This document shows, one piece after another, positions 18,027-27,364 of a stretch of 64,000 bases of DNA. The stretch is from Flavobacteriaceae bacterium (lineage in GTDB: Bacteria > Bacteroidota > Bacteroidia > Flavobacteriales_D > Crocinitomicaceae). The stretch's first letter is position 1; every line of letters starts with the position of its first letter. The DNA lies in assembly GCA_047624355.1 (NCBI GenBank), contig JBLHPQ010000003.1:31747-95746 (forward strand). The letters are read 5' to 3'. The notes beneath the pieces are model-generated. The model was not told the origin of the DNA. It saw only the letters and a list, made by a program, of their open reading frames with translations, and searched no databases. The position numbers were made by a program, and so were the translations under genes.

Positions 18027-19753
18027 AAGAGGAAGAAATTATAGCATTAACCGAGGACCTTTCCGGGTCATCACTTTATAGCGATGACCTCGCTCCTGTG
18101 TCTAAAGAAAAGCGCACATGGACAAAGTGGAGTTTGGCCGCCCTTTGGGTTGGAATGGCCGTCTGTATTCCGACCTACCTACTAGCATCTTACATGATGA
18201 AGGAGGGAATGGGTTGGTTAGAATCCCTAATTATCATTGGCGTTGCAAACCTCATTATTACCATTCCTATGGTATTGAATGGCCACGCTGGGGTAAAATA
18301 CGGCGTTCCATTTCCTGTTATTGGCAGATCGTCTTTTGGTACTAAAGGAGTGCACCTAGCATCTGTAACTCGAGGAATTGTGGCCTGTGGTTGGTTTGGA
18401 ATTCAAACATGGATTGGTGGAATGGCGATCTACGAAATTATCTATGCCTTCAGTGAAGGAGCCACACCAACCGAATTAAACTTACTCATGTTTGTCTGTT
18501 TTGGCGTGTTTTGGTTCATGAACATGTACTTCATTTGGAAAGGAACGGACAGTATTAAATGGCTGGAGGAATATTCAGCGCCTATATTAATTCTAATGGG
18601 CGTGGTTCTTATAGGTTGGGGAGCCTATAATTCTGGTGGTTTTGGGGTTGTGCTCGAACAAAGTATTCAGCTTCAAAAAGCAACTGTCGAAGTTTCGGAA
18701 ACCGATGATACATACCTAATTCAACTCAATGGCATTACCGATAAAGACGGTAAAACAAAAGCCAACAGGTACGCGTATCGAACAGTTAATGAGCGTGGTA
18801 CTGAGAATATTGAATACCATGCTTTTCCCGATGATGGAACATTTGAAATCCCAAAACAGGTCGCTGATAATGCAACGGGAAGTGTACAGTTAATCTATAA
18901 AACTGAAACAGAAAATATAGAATCAAGCTGGACGCCAATCGTTCTTGATGCCTCACCATCAGAAGCTCCAAACAAGCTCTGGCAATACATCAAATGGTTA
19001 ACGGTCATGCTCGGTTTCTGGGCGACAATGTCTTTAAGTATTTCGGATATAACACGTTATTCGCCATCACAAAAAGCGCAGAAGCAAGGACAGTTTATTG
19101 GATTACCTGGGACGATGATGTTGTATTCTTTCGTAGCAATTTTTGTAACCTGTGCTTCGGTATTAATCTTTAGTGATGTTCTAATTGCCGCTGATGCCCC
19201 CTGGGATCCAACGGCTCTACTTGGTAAATTCGATAGTCCGTGGGTAGTGATTGTCGCTCAAGTATTTATGATAATAGCCACATTAAGCACCAATATCGCA
19301 GCAAACGTCATCGCGCCATCTAACGCTTTTTCGAATTTATTTCCAAAGAAAATCAGTTTCAAAATGGGCGGGACTATTACAGGAATCTTGGGGATATTAA
19401 TCTGTCCTTGGTGGTTACTCAATGACATCGCCGGAATCTTACTCCTAGTAAGTGGCTTCCTTGGGCCTGTCCTTGGAATTATGCTCTGTGATTATTTTCT
19501 AATTCGAAGGAAACACTTGAAAATTGGAGAATTGTACAAAAGTGAGGGCGAGTATAGCTATACCAAAGGATTCAATCTGAATGCAATGCTTAGTCTTTTC
19601 CTTGGTGTCAGTGCCGCATTAGTATGGTACCTCGTCCCCTCCTTGGCTTACTTGTCTGATCTCGCCTGGTTTACTGGGTTTTTCGTCTCATTTATAGTAT
19701 ATTATCTGCTGATGGCAAAATACCGCCAGCCAAAATCACTAATTCAAAACTAA
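18023..19753 (+). CDS. NCS1-family nucleobase:cation symporter with an extra ~100-aa loop domain
   Basis: 576 aa and polytopic. NCS1-like segments include NGHAGVKYGVPFPVIGRSSFG, GWFGIQTW and SISDITRY. Its start overlaps the upstream stop (ATGA). Confidence 0.85.
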   Translation: MKEEEIIALTEDLSGSSLYSDDLAPVSKEKRTWTKWSLAALWVGMAVCIPTYLLASYMMKEGMGWLESLIIIGVANLIITIPMVLNGHAGVKYGVPFPVIGRSSFGTKGVHLASVTRGIVACGWFGIQTWIGGMAIYEIIYAFSEGATPTELNLLMFVCFGVFWFMNMYFIWKGTDSIKWLEEYSAPILILMGVVLIGWGAYNSGGFGVVLEQSIQLQKATVEVSETDDTYLIQLNGITDKDGKTKANRYAYRTVNERGTENIEYHAFPDDGTFEIPKQVADNATGSVQLIYKTETENIESSWTPIVLDASPSEAPNKLWQYIKWLTVMLGFWATMSLSISDITRYSPSQKAQKQGQFIGLPGTMMLYSFVAIFVTCASVLIFSDVLIAADAPWDPTALLGKFDSPWVVIVAQVFMIIATLSTNIAANVIAPSNAFSNLFPKKISFKMGGTITGILGILICPWWLLNDIAGILLLVSGFLGPVLGIMLCDYFLIRRKHLKIGELYKSEGEYSYTKGFNLNAMLSLFLGVSAALVWYLVPSLAYLSDLAWFTGFFVSFIVYYLLMAKYRQPKSLIQN

Positions 19754-19754
19754 T

Positions 19755-21134
19755 ATGTCTGTACTAATCAAAAACGGTAGGGTTGTCACCGCCTCTGAAG
19801 ATTACATCGCTGATGTCTATGTCGAAGGGGAAAAAATCGTTGCGATTGGACGTGATTTACCCTACAACGCAGATAAAGTAATAGATGCATCCGACAAGTT
19901 GGTTTTTCCGGGAGGAATTGACCCACATGTTCATCTCGATATGCCGTTTATGGGAACGTATTCGAGCGATGATTATGAAACTGGAACAAGGGCCGCCCTA
20001 CATGGTGGAACAACCTCTGTGATCGAATTCATCCTCCAAACGCAAGGCGATACTTTACACAATGCGCTGAAGGAATGGCAAGACAAATCGCTACATAAAG
20101 CCGTAGGAGATTTCTCCTATCACATGGCGGTGACAGACTTCAATGATGATGTTGCCAAGGAAGTTGTGCAGATGATCGAGGAAGAAGGGATTACTTCTTT
20201 CAAAACATTTATGGCCTACAAAGGAGCGCTAATGATCGATGATGGTCAGATGGTTCAATTAATGAAAGTCGTAAAAAAACACGGTGGCTTGGTTACTGTT
20301 CACGCGACAAACGGAGACATGATTGATTCATTGATCAGTAAGAATCTGGCGGAGGGAAATACGAAACCAATCTATCATTATTTATCTCAACCTGAAGTTA
20401 CAGAAGCAGAAGCATCTGGTCGATTTACAGATATGCTGCATTATACGGGTTGCCCAGGATACATCGTTCATATGACGTGTGAAGGAGCGCTCAATGCCGT
20501 TCGCAAAGCAACAATGCGCAACCAAAAAGTATTCGTTGAAACGTGTACTCAATATTTGATGCTAGATGCATCACTCTACGAGAGAGAAGATGGTGCCAAC
20601 TGGGTAATGAGTCCTCCATTACGTGAGAAAAAGGATCAAGAAGTTCTTTGGGCTGGAATTAATCAAGGGTTGGTTCAAGTAGTTGGGACGGATCATTGTC
20701 CATTTACTTTGGAGCAGAAGGCAATGGGAAAAGACAATTTTGCTAAGATTCCCAATGGTCATCCGGCGATCGAGCACCGAATGGAATTTATGTATTCCGA
20801 AGGTGTCAATAAAGGAAAAATTTCATTGAACAAATTCGTTGAAGTCACATCAACAAACGCTTCGAAGATTTTTGGAATGTACCCAACAAAAGGAACCATC
20901 GCGATTGGATCAGATGCAGATTTGGTGATTTTCGACCCGAATAAAGAACACGTGATCTCTGCTGATACGCATCATATGAACTGCGATTACTCTGGTTATG
21001 AAGGATGGAAAGTTACGGGAAAAACGGAAACCGTCTTATTAAGAGGAATGATCGCAATTGAAAACGAAGAGTGCCTTTTGAAACCTGGAGACGGGCAATT
21101 TATTAAGCGGGGGAAGAGCTCGATGGTTATATAA
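19755..21134 (+). CDS. hydA: dihydropyrimidinase (D-hydantoinase)
   Basis: 459 aa. Motifs are GGIDPHVHLDMPF and KTFMAYKG (the carboxylated-Lys region). It has cyclic amidohydrolase length and layout. Confidence 0.9.
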   Translation: MSVLIKNGRVVTASEDYIADVYVEGEKIVAIGRDLPYNADKVIDASDKLVFPGGIDPHVHLDMPFMGTYSSDDYETGTRAALHGGTTSVIEFILQTQGDTLHNALKEWQDKSLHKAVGDFSYHMAVTDFNDDVAKEVVQMIEEEGITSFKTFMAYKGALMIDDGQMVQLMKVVKKHGGLVTVHATNGDMIDSLISKNLAEGNTKPIYHYLSQPEVTEAEASGRFTDMLHYTGCPGYIVHMTCEGALNAVRKATMRNQKVFVETCTQYLMLDASLYEREDGANWVMSPPLREKKDQEVLWAGINQGLVQVVGTDHCPFTLEQKAMGKDNFAKIPNGHPAIEHRMEFMYSEGVNKGKISLNKFVEVTSTNASKIFGMYPTKGTIAIGSDADLVIFDPNKEHVISADTHHMNCDYSGYEGWKVTGKTETVLLRGMIAIENEECLLKPGDGQFIKRGKSSMVI

Positions 21135-21169
21135 ACGGGGCACGTAGCGGACGAAGAAAAAACAAAAGA

Positions 21170-21286
21170 ACGCAGATGACGCAGATAAAAATGATTAACG
21201 CGGACTGTAGATGAAAGAATTGAAGTAGAAGAAATAACCTTAAATGCAGCTATCATTTTGATCATACAAATCAGCGTTATCTGCGT
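21170..21286. repeat. long imperfect inverted repeat / hairpin preceding the GxxExxY gene
   Basis: ACGCAGATGACGCAGAT (21170-21186) pairs with ATCAGCGTTATCTGCGT (21270-21286) over 17 positions, with one mismatch and one G-T pair. AAAATGAT (21188-21195) pairs with ATCATTTT (21252-21259). ACGCAGAT is also directly repeated. Confidence 0.6.
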
Positions 21287-21303
21287 ACAAGAGAAAGAGG
21301 AAC

Positions 21304-21708
21304 ATGAACGATAATAATTACAAGCACGCGGAAATGACTGAGCAGGTCATAAAGGCTTTTTATAAAGTCTACAATGTGCTCGGTTATGGGTTTTTGGAGA
21401 AAGTTTATGAAAATGCACTGTGTATAGAGTTAAAAAAACTAGGGTTTGATGTTGAAAAACAGCAGCCAATCGAAGTGTATTACGAAGACATTATAGTTGG
21501 TAAGTACTATGCTGATCTTATTGTAAATGATATCGTGATACTAGAGTTAAAGGCTGCAAAAAACATCAGCTACGAACACGAGTCTCAACTTGTTAATTAC
21601 CTAAAAGCAACGGATATCGAAGTAGGTCTACTGTTAAACTTTGGAGAATCTCCTCAAGTGAAGCGGAAGGTTTATTCAAATGGACCGCGAATAAACTTAA
21701 TAGATTAA
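21304..21708 (+). CDS. GxxExxY-family protein (PD-(D/E)xK nuclease-like fold)
   Basis: 134 aa with the signature GYGFLEKVYENAL (GxxExxY) and a D...ELK motif (ADLIVNDIVILELK). Confidence 0.85.
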   Translation: MNDNNYKHAEMTEQVIKAFYKVYNVLGYGFLEKVYENALCIELKKLGFDVEKQQPIEVYYEDIIVGKYYADLIVNDIVILELKAAKNISYEHESQLVNYLKATDIEVGLLLNFGESPQVKRKVYSNGPRINLID

Positions 21709-21767
21709 TTAAATCAAATTGAACATGTTGACCACAAAATCAGCATCGTCAATTTTAAAAACAAATT

Positions 21768-22634
21768 ATGGCAAGAATAGTAAAATCAGGATTAATACAA
21801 ATGAGCCTTCCAATGACAGAGGGTGAAGGTACAATACAGGAAATTTGCAGTGCGATGTACGACAAACATATCCCGTATATTGAGGAAGCTGGAAAGCAAG
21901 GTGTTCAAATCTTATGCCTACAAGAGATCTTCAATACTCCCTACTTTTGTCCTGGTCAAGACAACAAATGGTACGCTTCAGCAGAAGCTATTCCTGGACC
22001 AACCACAGACAAACTCGCGGTGATTGCGAAGAAATATGACATGGTGATTATTGCTTCATTGTACGAGCGTGAACAAGCTGGAGTCCTTTACAATACAGCA
22101 GCCGTAATAGATGCTGACGGAACGTACCTTGGAAAATATAGAAAGAACCATATTCCTCACACGAACGGGTTCTGGGAGAAGTACTTTTTCAAACCAGGAA
22201 ACTTGGGCTATCCCGTTTTTCAAACAAAATATGCCAAAATTGGGGTGTACATCTGCTACGATCGTCATTTCCCAGACGGAGCTAGAGCACTTGGTCTTAA
22301 TGGTGCTGAAATTGTCTATAATCCTTCCGCAACCGTTGCTGGATTAAGCGAGTACTTATGGAAATTAGAACAACCGGCGCATGCTGCTGCAAATGGCTAT
22401 TTCATGGGATGTATTAATCGTGTTGGGGAAGAGAAACCTTGGAACCTTGGGAAGTTTTACGGACAATCTTATTTCGTCGATCCTCGAGGGCAAATTTTTT
22501 CTGAAGCTTCTCGTGATAACGATGAATTACTAATTGCTGAGTTTGATTTAGACCTCATCGAAGAAGTGCGTTCAACATGGCAATTCTTTAGAGATCGTCG
22601 ACCTGAAACGTATGGCGATTTGACAAAACTTTAA
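21768..22634 (+). CDS. beta-ureidopropionase (N-carbamoyl-beta-alanine amidohydrolase, nitrilase superfamily)
   Basis: 288 aa. The carbon-nitrogen hydrolase E-K-C triad context is present (CLQEIF, YRKNHIP, GVYICYDRHFP). The pathway context fits. Confidence 0.8.
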   Translation: MARIVKSGLIQMSLPMTEGEGTIQEICSAMYDKHIPYIEEAGKQGVQILCLQEIFNTPYFCPGQDNKWYASAEAIPGPTTDKLAVIAKKYDMVIIASLYEREQAGVLYNTAAVIDADGTYLGKYRKNHIPHTNGFWEKYFFKPGNLGYPVFQTKYAKIGVYICYDRHFPDGARALGLNGAEIVYNPSATVAGLSEYLWKLEQPAHAAANGYFMGCINRVGEEKPWNLGKFYGQSYFVDPRGQIFSEASRDNDELLIAEFDLDLIEEVRSTWQFFRDRRPETYGDLTKL

Positions 22635-22704
22635 TCGAAACACATTAACTCACGAGTGACATCAGCTTGATAACAACACCAAGTTCACTATAAAAACTGA
22701 TCGT

Positions 22705-24033
22705 ATGGCAGAATACAAACGTCCGGCAAATGAGCAGGATTTCAAGGAAAATTTCAAACAGAAAAAACCCTTGATGAACGATACACAGGCACATTATGAA
22801 AGTTCTCGTTGCTTGTTTTGTTACGATGCTCCGTGCATGGATGCATGTCCAACAGGAATAGATATACCGCTTTTTATTAAACAGATTCAGACTGGAAATA
22901 CTGATGGCGCCGCGAAAACCATTTACGACTCAAATTGGATGGGAAATGCATGTGGGACGATCTGTCCAACCGGTGTTTTATGCGAAGGTGCTTGCGTTTA
23001 CAACAACCAAGACGTTGCTCCTCTGCTCATCGGAAGATTGCAAAATTACGCGACACACTCGGTGATCGAATCTGGAAAACAATTGTATTATCCAGGAGAT
23101 GAAAACGGTAAAAAAGTGGCGATAATTGGCGCTGGACCTGCAGGAATAGCCTGTGCTTGTGAACTTCGAACGCTTGGTTATGAAGTTGATATTTACGAGG
23201 CCAAATCACAACCTTCAGGATTAACCGTTCACGGAATAGCTCCTTACAAAATTTCCAATGAAGAGGTGATCGCAGAAATGGACTATTTGCAAAATCAACT
23301 TGGCTATAACATCATTTACAATCACCCGATTTCAACCAAAGATCAACTTTCAGAATTGGAGTCGAACTACTCAGCGATTTTTATCGGCGTTGGACTTGGT
23401 GTCACAGCCTCGCTCAATATGACAGGAGAAAATCTCACAGGTGTTCGTGGGGCCGTTGAGTTTATCGAGGAGTTAAGAATGAATCATTCGGATATTAAAA
23501 TTGCCGATCGAGTTGTCGTTATTGGTGGCGGAAATACGGCAATGGACGCAGCATCTGGATCAGCTAGATTAGGTGCAGAAGAAGTAACGCTTGCCTATAG
23601 AAGAGACAAAAACGGTATGGGTGCTTATGGTTTCGAATACGATTTGGCCATTGGGGCAGGTGTGAATGGATTATTCAATGCCGCTCCGTTAGAAATTATT
23701 GGCAGCGATAAGGTAGAGGGCGTTCGCTTCATTAAAACAGAATTGTCTAATGGAAAACTTACCAATATCGAAGGGTCCGAGTTTACAATCGCCTGTGATA
23801 TGGTCATTAAAGCGACTGGTCAGGCAAAACAAGGGTCATTCTTAAGTTTAATCGAAGGATTGGATGTAGATGATCGTACAAGGATTGTTGTAAACGCAGA
23901 AACCAACCAAACAACGAACGAAATGTATTTCGCTGGTGGTGATGCTATCAATGGAGGTGCCGAAGTTGTTAATGGCGCATACGATGGCAAACTTGCTGCA
24001 AACGGAATTCACGAATGGCTAACGCAAAACTAA
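22705..24033 (+). CDS. preT: NAD-dependent dihydropyrimidine dehydrogenase subunit PreT
   Basis: 442 aa. It has an N-terminal Fe-S Cys cluster (CLFCYDAPCMDACP) and a GltD-like dinucleotide fold (VAIIGAGPAGIACA). Confidence 0.85.
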   Translation: MAEYKRPANEQDFKENFKQKKPLMNDTQAHYESSRCLFCYDAPCMDACPTGIDIPLFIKQIQTGNTDGAAKTIYDSNWMGNACGTICPTGVLCEGACVYNNQDVAPLLIGRLQNYATHSVIESGKQLYYPGDENGKKVAIIGAGPAGIACACELRTLGYEVDIYEAKSQPSGLTVHGIAPYKISNEEVIAEMDYLQNQLGYNIIYNHPISTKDQLSELESNYSAIFIGVGLGVTASLNMTGENLTGVRGAVEFIEELRMNHSDIKIADRVVVIGGGNTAMDAASGSARLGAEEVTLAYRRDKNGMGAYGFEYDLAIGAGVNGLFNAAPLEIIGSDKVEGVRFIKTELSNGKLTNIEGSEFTIACDMVIKATGQAKQGSFLSLIEGLDVDDRTRIVVNAETNQTTNEMYFAGGDAINGGAEVVNGAYDGKLAANGIHEWLTQN

Positions 24034-24037
24034 AGAC

Positions 24038-25408
24038 ATGAGCAAAAAAGATAAAATTGATTTATCCGTAAATTTTGCAGGAATTAAAGCTCCAAATCCC
24101 TTTTGGCTAGCCTCTGCACCACCCACTAATACAGGATATCAAATAATGAAAGCCTTTGATGCTGGCTGGGGCGGAGCGGTATGGAAGACACTGGGAATGC
24201 CAACAATTAACGTATCAAGTCGGTACGGGTCGACGAACTATCGCGATACGCGAATGGCTGGATTCAGTAATATTGAGTTGATCAGTGATCGTCCGCTTGA
24301 AGATAATTTACGCGAGATGGCTGAGGTGAAAAAACACTTCCCTGATCATGCGGTAATTGCCTCTTTAATGGTGGATACTCGCCAAGAGTGGGAAGACATT
24401 ATCAAACAGGTAGAAGATGCAGGCGCTGATGGAATTGAATTAAATTTTGGCTGTCCACATGGTATGTGTGAGCGTGGAATGGGCTCTGCAGTTGGACAAG
24501 AACCAGAGGTCTTAAAAACGATTGTTGAATGGGTTATGGAAGCCGCAAACATCCCTGTGATCACGAAACTTTCCCCAAACATATCACACATTGTAGATCC
24601 GGGATTAGCAGCAGTTCAAGGAAAGACAGATGCGATTTCGCTTATCAATACCGTTAAAAGTATTGTTGGGATTGACCTCGATAGCTATGCTCCCTACCCT
24701 GTTGTTGATGGAAAGGGGACCAATGGTGGATATTGCGGTCCTGCAGTGAAACCAATTGCTTTGCACATGTTGAAAGACTTGATGCAGCATCCAGAAATTA
24801 AAAACACTCCAATTAGTGGAATTGGTGGGATAGAAACGTGGCGAGATGTCGTTGAATTTATTCTACTCGGTGCTACTTCAGTTCAAGTTTGTACTGCTGT
24901 GATGCACTACGGCTTTGGAATTGTACGTGAATTGGAATCTGGGTTGATTAATTTCATGGAGGATAAAGGCTATACGACTATCTACGATTTTGCTGGAAAA
25001 GCACTTCCAAACGTTACAGATTGGAAACATTTGAACTTGAAAAGTGAGGTCAAAGCTAAAATCAACGAAGATAAATGTATCGGCTGTGATTTATGTTATA
25101 TTGCATGTGACGATGGCGCTCACCAAGCAATTGCGCTACCTACAGATGGAAGTCGAATTCCTACAATCATCGAGGAAAACTGCGTCGGATGCAACCTGTG
25201 TTCATTAGTTTGTCCTGTGGAAGATTGCATCACAATGGAGAAGTTTGATGACGGAAAAGAGCACGAAACTTGGCATGAATTAACCGAATCAGACAGAATT
25301 CCGAATACTTGGAATGATGACCGTGCCGGTGGAAAAGGACACTATGTTCCTGAACCTGCTGAAGCGTTAAAAACGAAGCGAAAAGACAAATCTGGTTGGA
25401 AAAAATAA
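24038..25408 (+). CDS. preA: NAD-dependent dihydropyrimidine dehydrogenase subunit PreA
   Basis: 456 aa. A DHODH-like TIM barrel (GIELNFGCPHGM) is followed by two C-terminal 4Fe-4S ferredoxin motifs (CIGCDLCYIAC, CVGCNLCSLVCP). Confidence 0.9.
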   Translation: MSKKDKIDLSVNFAGIKAPNPFWLASAPPTNTGYQIMKAFDAGWGGAVWKTLGMPTINVSSRYGSTNYRDTRMAGFSNIELISDRPLEDNLREMAEVKKHFPDHAVIASLMVDTRQEWEDIIKQVEDAGADGIELNFGCPHGMCERGMGSAVGQEPEVLKTIVEWVMEAANIPVITKLSPNISHIVDPGLAAVQGKTDAISLINTVKSIVGIDLDSYAPYPVVDGKGTNGGYCGPAVKPIALHMLKDLMQHPEIKNTPISGIGGIETWRDVVEFILLGATSVQVCTAVMHYGFGIVRELESGLINFMEDKGYTTIYDFAGKALPNVTDWKHLNLKSEVKAKINEDKCIGCDLCYIACDDGAHQAIALPTDGSRIPTIIEENCVGCNLCSLVCPVEDCITMEKFDDGKEHETWHELTESDRIPNTWNDDRAGGKGHYVPEPAEALKTKRKDKSGWKK

Positions 25409-25413
25409 AAGTA

Positions 25414-25845
25414 ATGGACAAATTCATGCGTATCGCTATTGACGAAGCGAAGAAAGGGCTTTCAGAAGGAGGGATTCCAATTGGATCTGCGTTAGTAAAG
25501 AACGGAAAACTCGTTGCGAGTGGAAGAAATAAACGTGTTCAGGAGCAAAATCCGATTTTACATGGAGAGATGGATTGCATGAATAACGCTGGACGCATTG
25601 GTTCGTACAAAGACACCGTAATGTACTCAACACTGATGCCCTGTTATATGTGCGCGGGGACGATCGTTCAGTTCAAGATTCCAAAAGTAATTGTTGGTGA
25701 GTCTAAGACATTTCCTGGTGCACGAGAATTTATGGAAAGTCATGGGGTCGAAGTCATTGACCTTAATAACACTGAATGTGTTGAAATGATGGAAAGCTTT
25801 ATCAAGGAAAAACCCGAACTTTGGAATGAGGATATTGGGGAGTAG
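25414..25845 (+). CDS. cytosine/nucleoside deaminase (CDA-fold, FCY1-type)
   Basis: It has the zinc-deaminase motifs HGEMDC and PCYMCAG. The start is ambiguous (25396, 25414 or 25426). Confidence 0.8.
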   Translation: MDKFMRIAIDEAKKGLSEGGIPIGSALVKNGKLVASGRNKRVQEQNPILHGEMDCMNNAGRIGSYKDTVMYSTLMPCYMCAGTIVQFKIPKVIVGESKTFPGAREFMESHGVEVIDLNNTECVEMMESFIKEKPELWNEDIGE

Positions 25846-25921
25846 TCACACTGAATATCTATACCTAAACAGTACTTGGCTCGAATCTTGATTATGAGCT
25901 TCTATAACAATATACCCTCTT

Positions 25922-26743
25922 ATGATCTTTAAACTCTTCACCGTTTTTGCCTTGCTTTTACCGTCTGTAGCCAGTTCCCAGTCCCAGGACACGCGTATCT
26001 TAAATGAACGTTACGAATTTGAGGAAGGCGCAACAGAAATGCTCTATGGAGATAATGTTGTACTCAGAAAAAAGCCGTCAATAGATTCCAGAGCGTTGGA
26101 TACCCTAGCAATCATGGAAGAAGTGAAAATTGTAAAGCAAACTGAAGAAATTTCCGAGATAAATGGTTTGGATTCGTACTGGTATAAAGTCAAACATGGA
26201 GCTCGAACAGGATATATTTTAGGCGGACTAATCGCAATGGATCATGCCCTAATAGGCGAAGACACTTATTTGGTGATAATGTCTGGCTTGGCTGATCAAC
26301 GTTATGTGAGAACCCGTGTAGTTTCTGCCGCCAAAGAATTTTATGGTCATGAGACGCAATTAAATACATACACCTTCTATATTGAAGGATTTCATAACAG
26401 AGGCGTAAAAGGAATTGAAAATATGCTTGCCATCAACCTTTATGCCGATGCGTGTGGCGTAGATGATGGACTGACTTACCTTTTTAATGATGGCGCACAA
26501 CTCATAGAGGCGATTAGCTTATCATCCGTATCGGACGCTGGTGCATTTTGGTTCGTCGAGAGTCTTATATTTCCGGAAGATGAGGGTGGATATGATGACA
26601 TCGTTTTTTACGAACGTGAATTTGGTGAACCCAAAGATGAAGAGCTAAACTGGTCACGATCAATCGTACATAACATCACACTCCGATGGGAAGACGGTGA
26701 ATTTTCTCCTAATGTTGATGAATTAGATTTTCAAGAACCTTAG
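25922..26743 (+). CDS. hypothetical secreted protein with SH3b-like segment
   Basis: 273 aa with a signal peptide. The stretch VVLRKKPSIDSRALDTLAIMEEVKIV...YWYKVKHGARTGYILGG resembles bacterial SH3 domains. Confidence 0.5.
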   Translation: MIFKLFTVFALLLPSVASSQSQDTRILNERYEFEEGATEMLYGDNVVLRKKPSIDSRALDTLAIMEEVKIVKQTEEISEINGLDSYWYKVKHGARTGYILGGLIAMDHALIGEDTYLVIMSGLADQRYVRTRVVSAAKEFYGHETQLNTYTFYIEGFHNRGVKGIENMLAINLYADACGVDDGLTYLFNDGAQLIEAISLSSVSDAGAFWFVESLIFPEDEGGYDDIVFYEREFGEPKDEELNWSRSIVHNITLRWEDGEFSPNVDELDFQEP

Positions 26744-27364
26744 CGTTTGTAAGACATAGGTTGAAGAACCGAGAACTTCGAGAGCCTAGTCTTCGGTTAA
26801 GTTTCAGTTTCATAGAGGCTATAAAGGTTGATTGTTATTGGTTTAAACATGGACAGGACAATGAACGGTTCGCACTAGGGGTAGCAGCGGCATCCTTTGA
26901 TAAACGAAGGCTGAGGCTATCGAAGTCTGTCGTTATTAAAGATAAAGCGAATAACCCGACCTCCCGATTGCTCTCGGGATGGAAGTGCCCAAAATCACAT
27001 AAAAACATGCATTTTTCGTAAAAATCAATTGAATTTTACGGTAAATCAACTTTAGAAAGCTTCGTTGGTAATCAATCTTTATTCCAAATCCGTACGGACT
27101 CCGATTTTAAAAAACCCGTTACTTCGAGTGATTTTTCGAAGTAAGTCGATGCTATTACATCGGCTTATGCTCTTTTGCTGCGCAGCGCAATTCCGAACGA
27201 TGACTTGCTATCACTGTCAAAAACTTCAGTGGAATATTGATCGGTTTTGCTCTGAAAACAACGCACAATCAGCGGTGAGTACACCATTATTTGAGTTAAT
27301 CAACTTATTTCGACTATACTTGTTTACATTACAATTTTATCGACATCTATAGTAAAGCGATAGC

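Noticed and set aside
26761-27352. Track ORFs 26761-27021 and 27065-27352
   Set aside because: Both open with TTG or GTG, have Arg/Ser/Leu/Phe/Cys-heavy composition and no motif, and lie in a region with hairpins. They are reported as unexplained non-coding sequence, not as genes.
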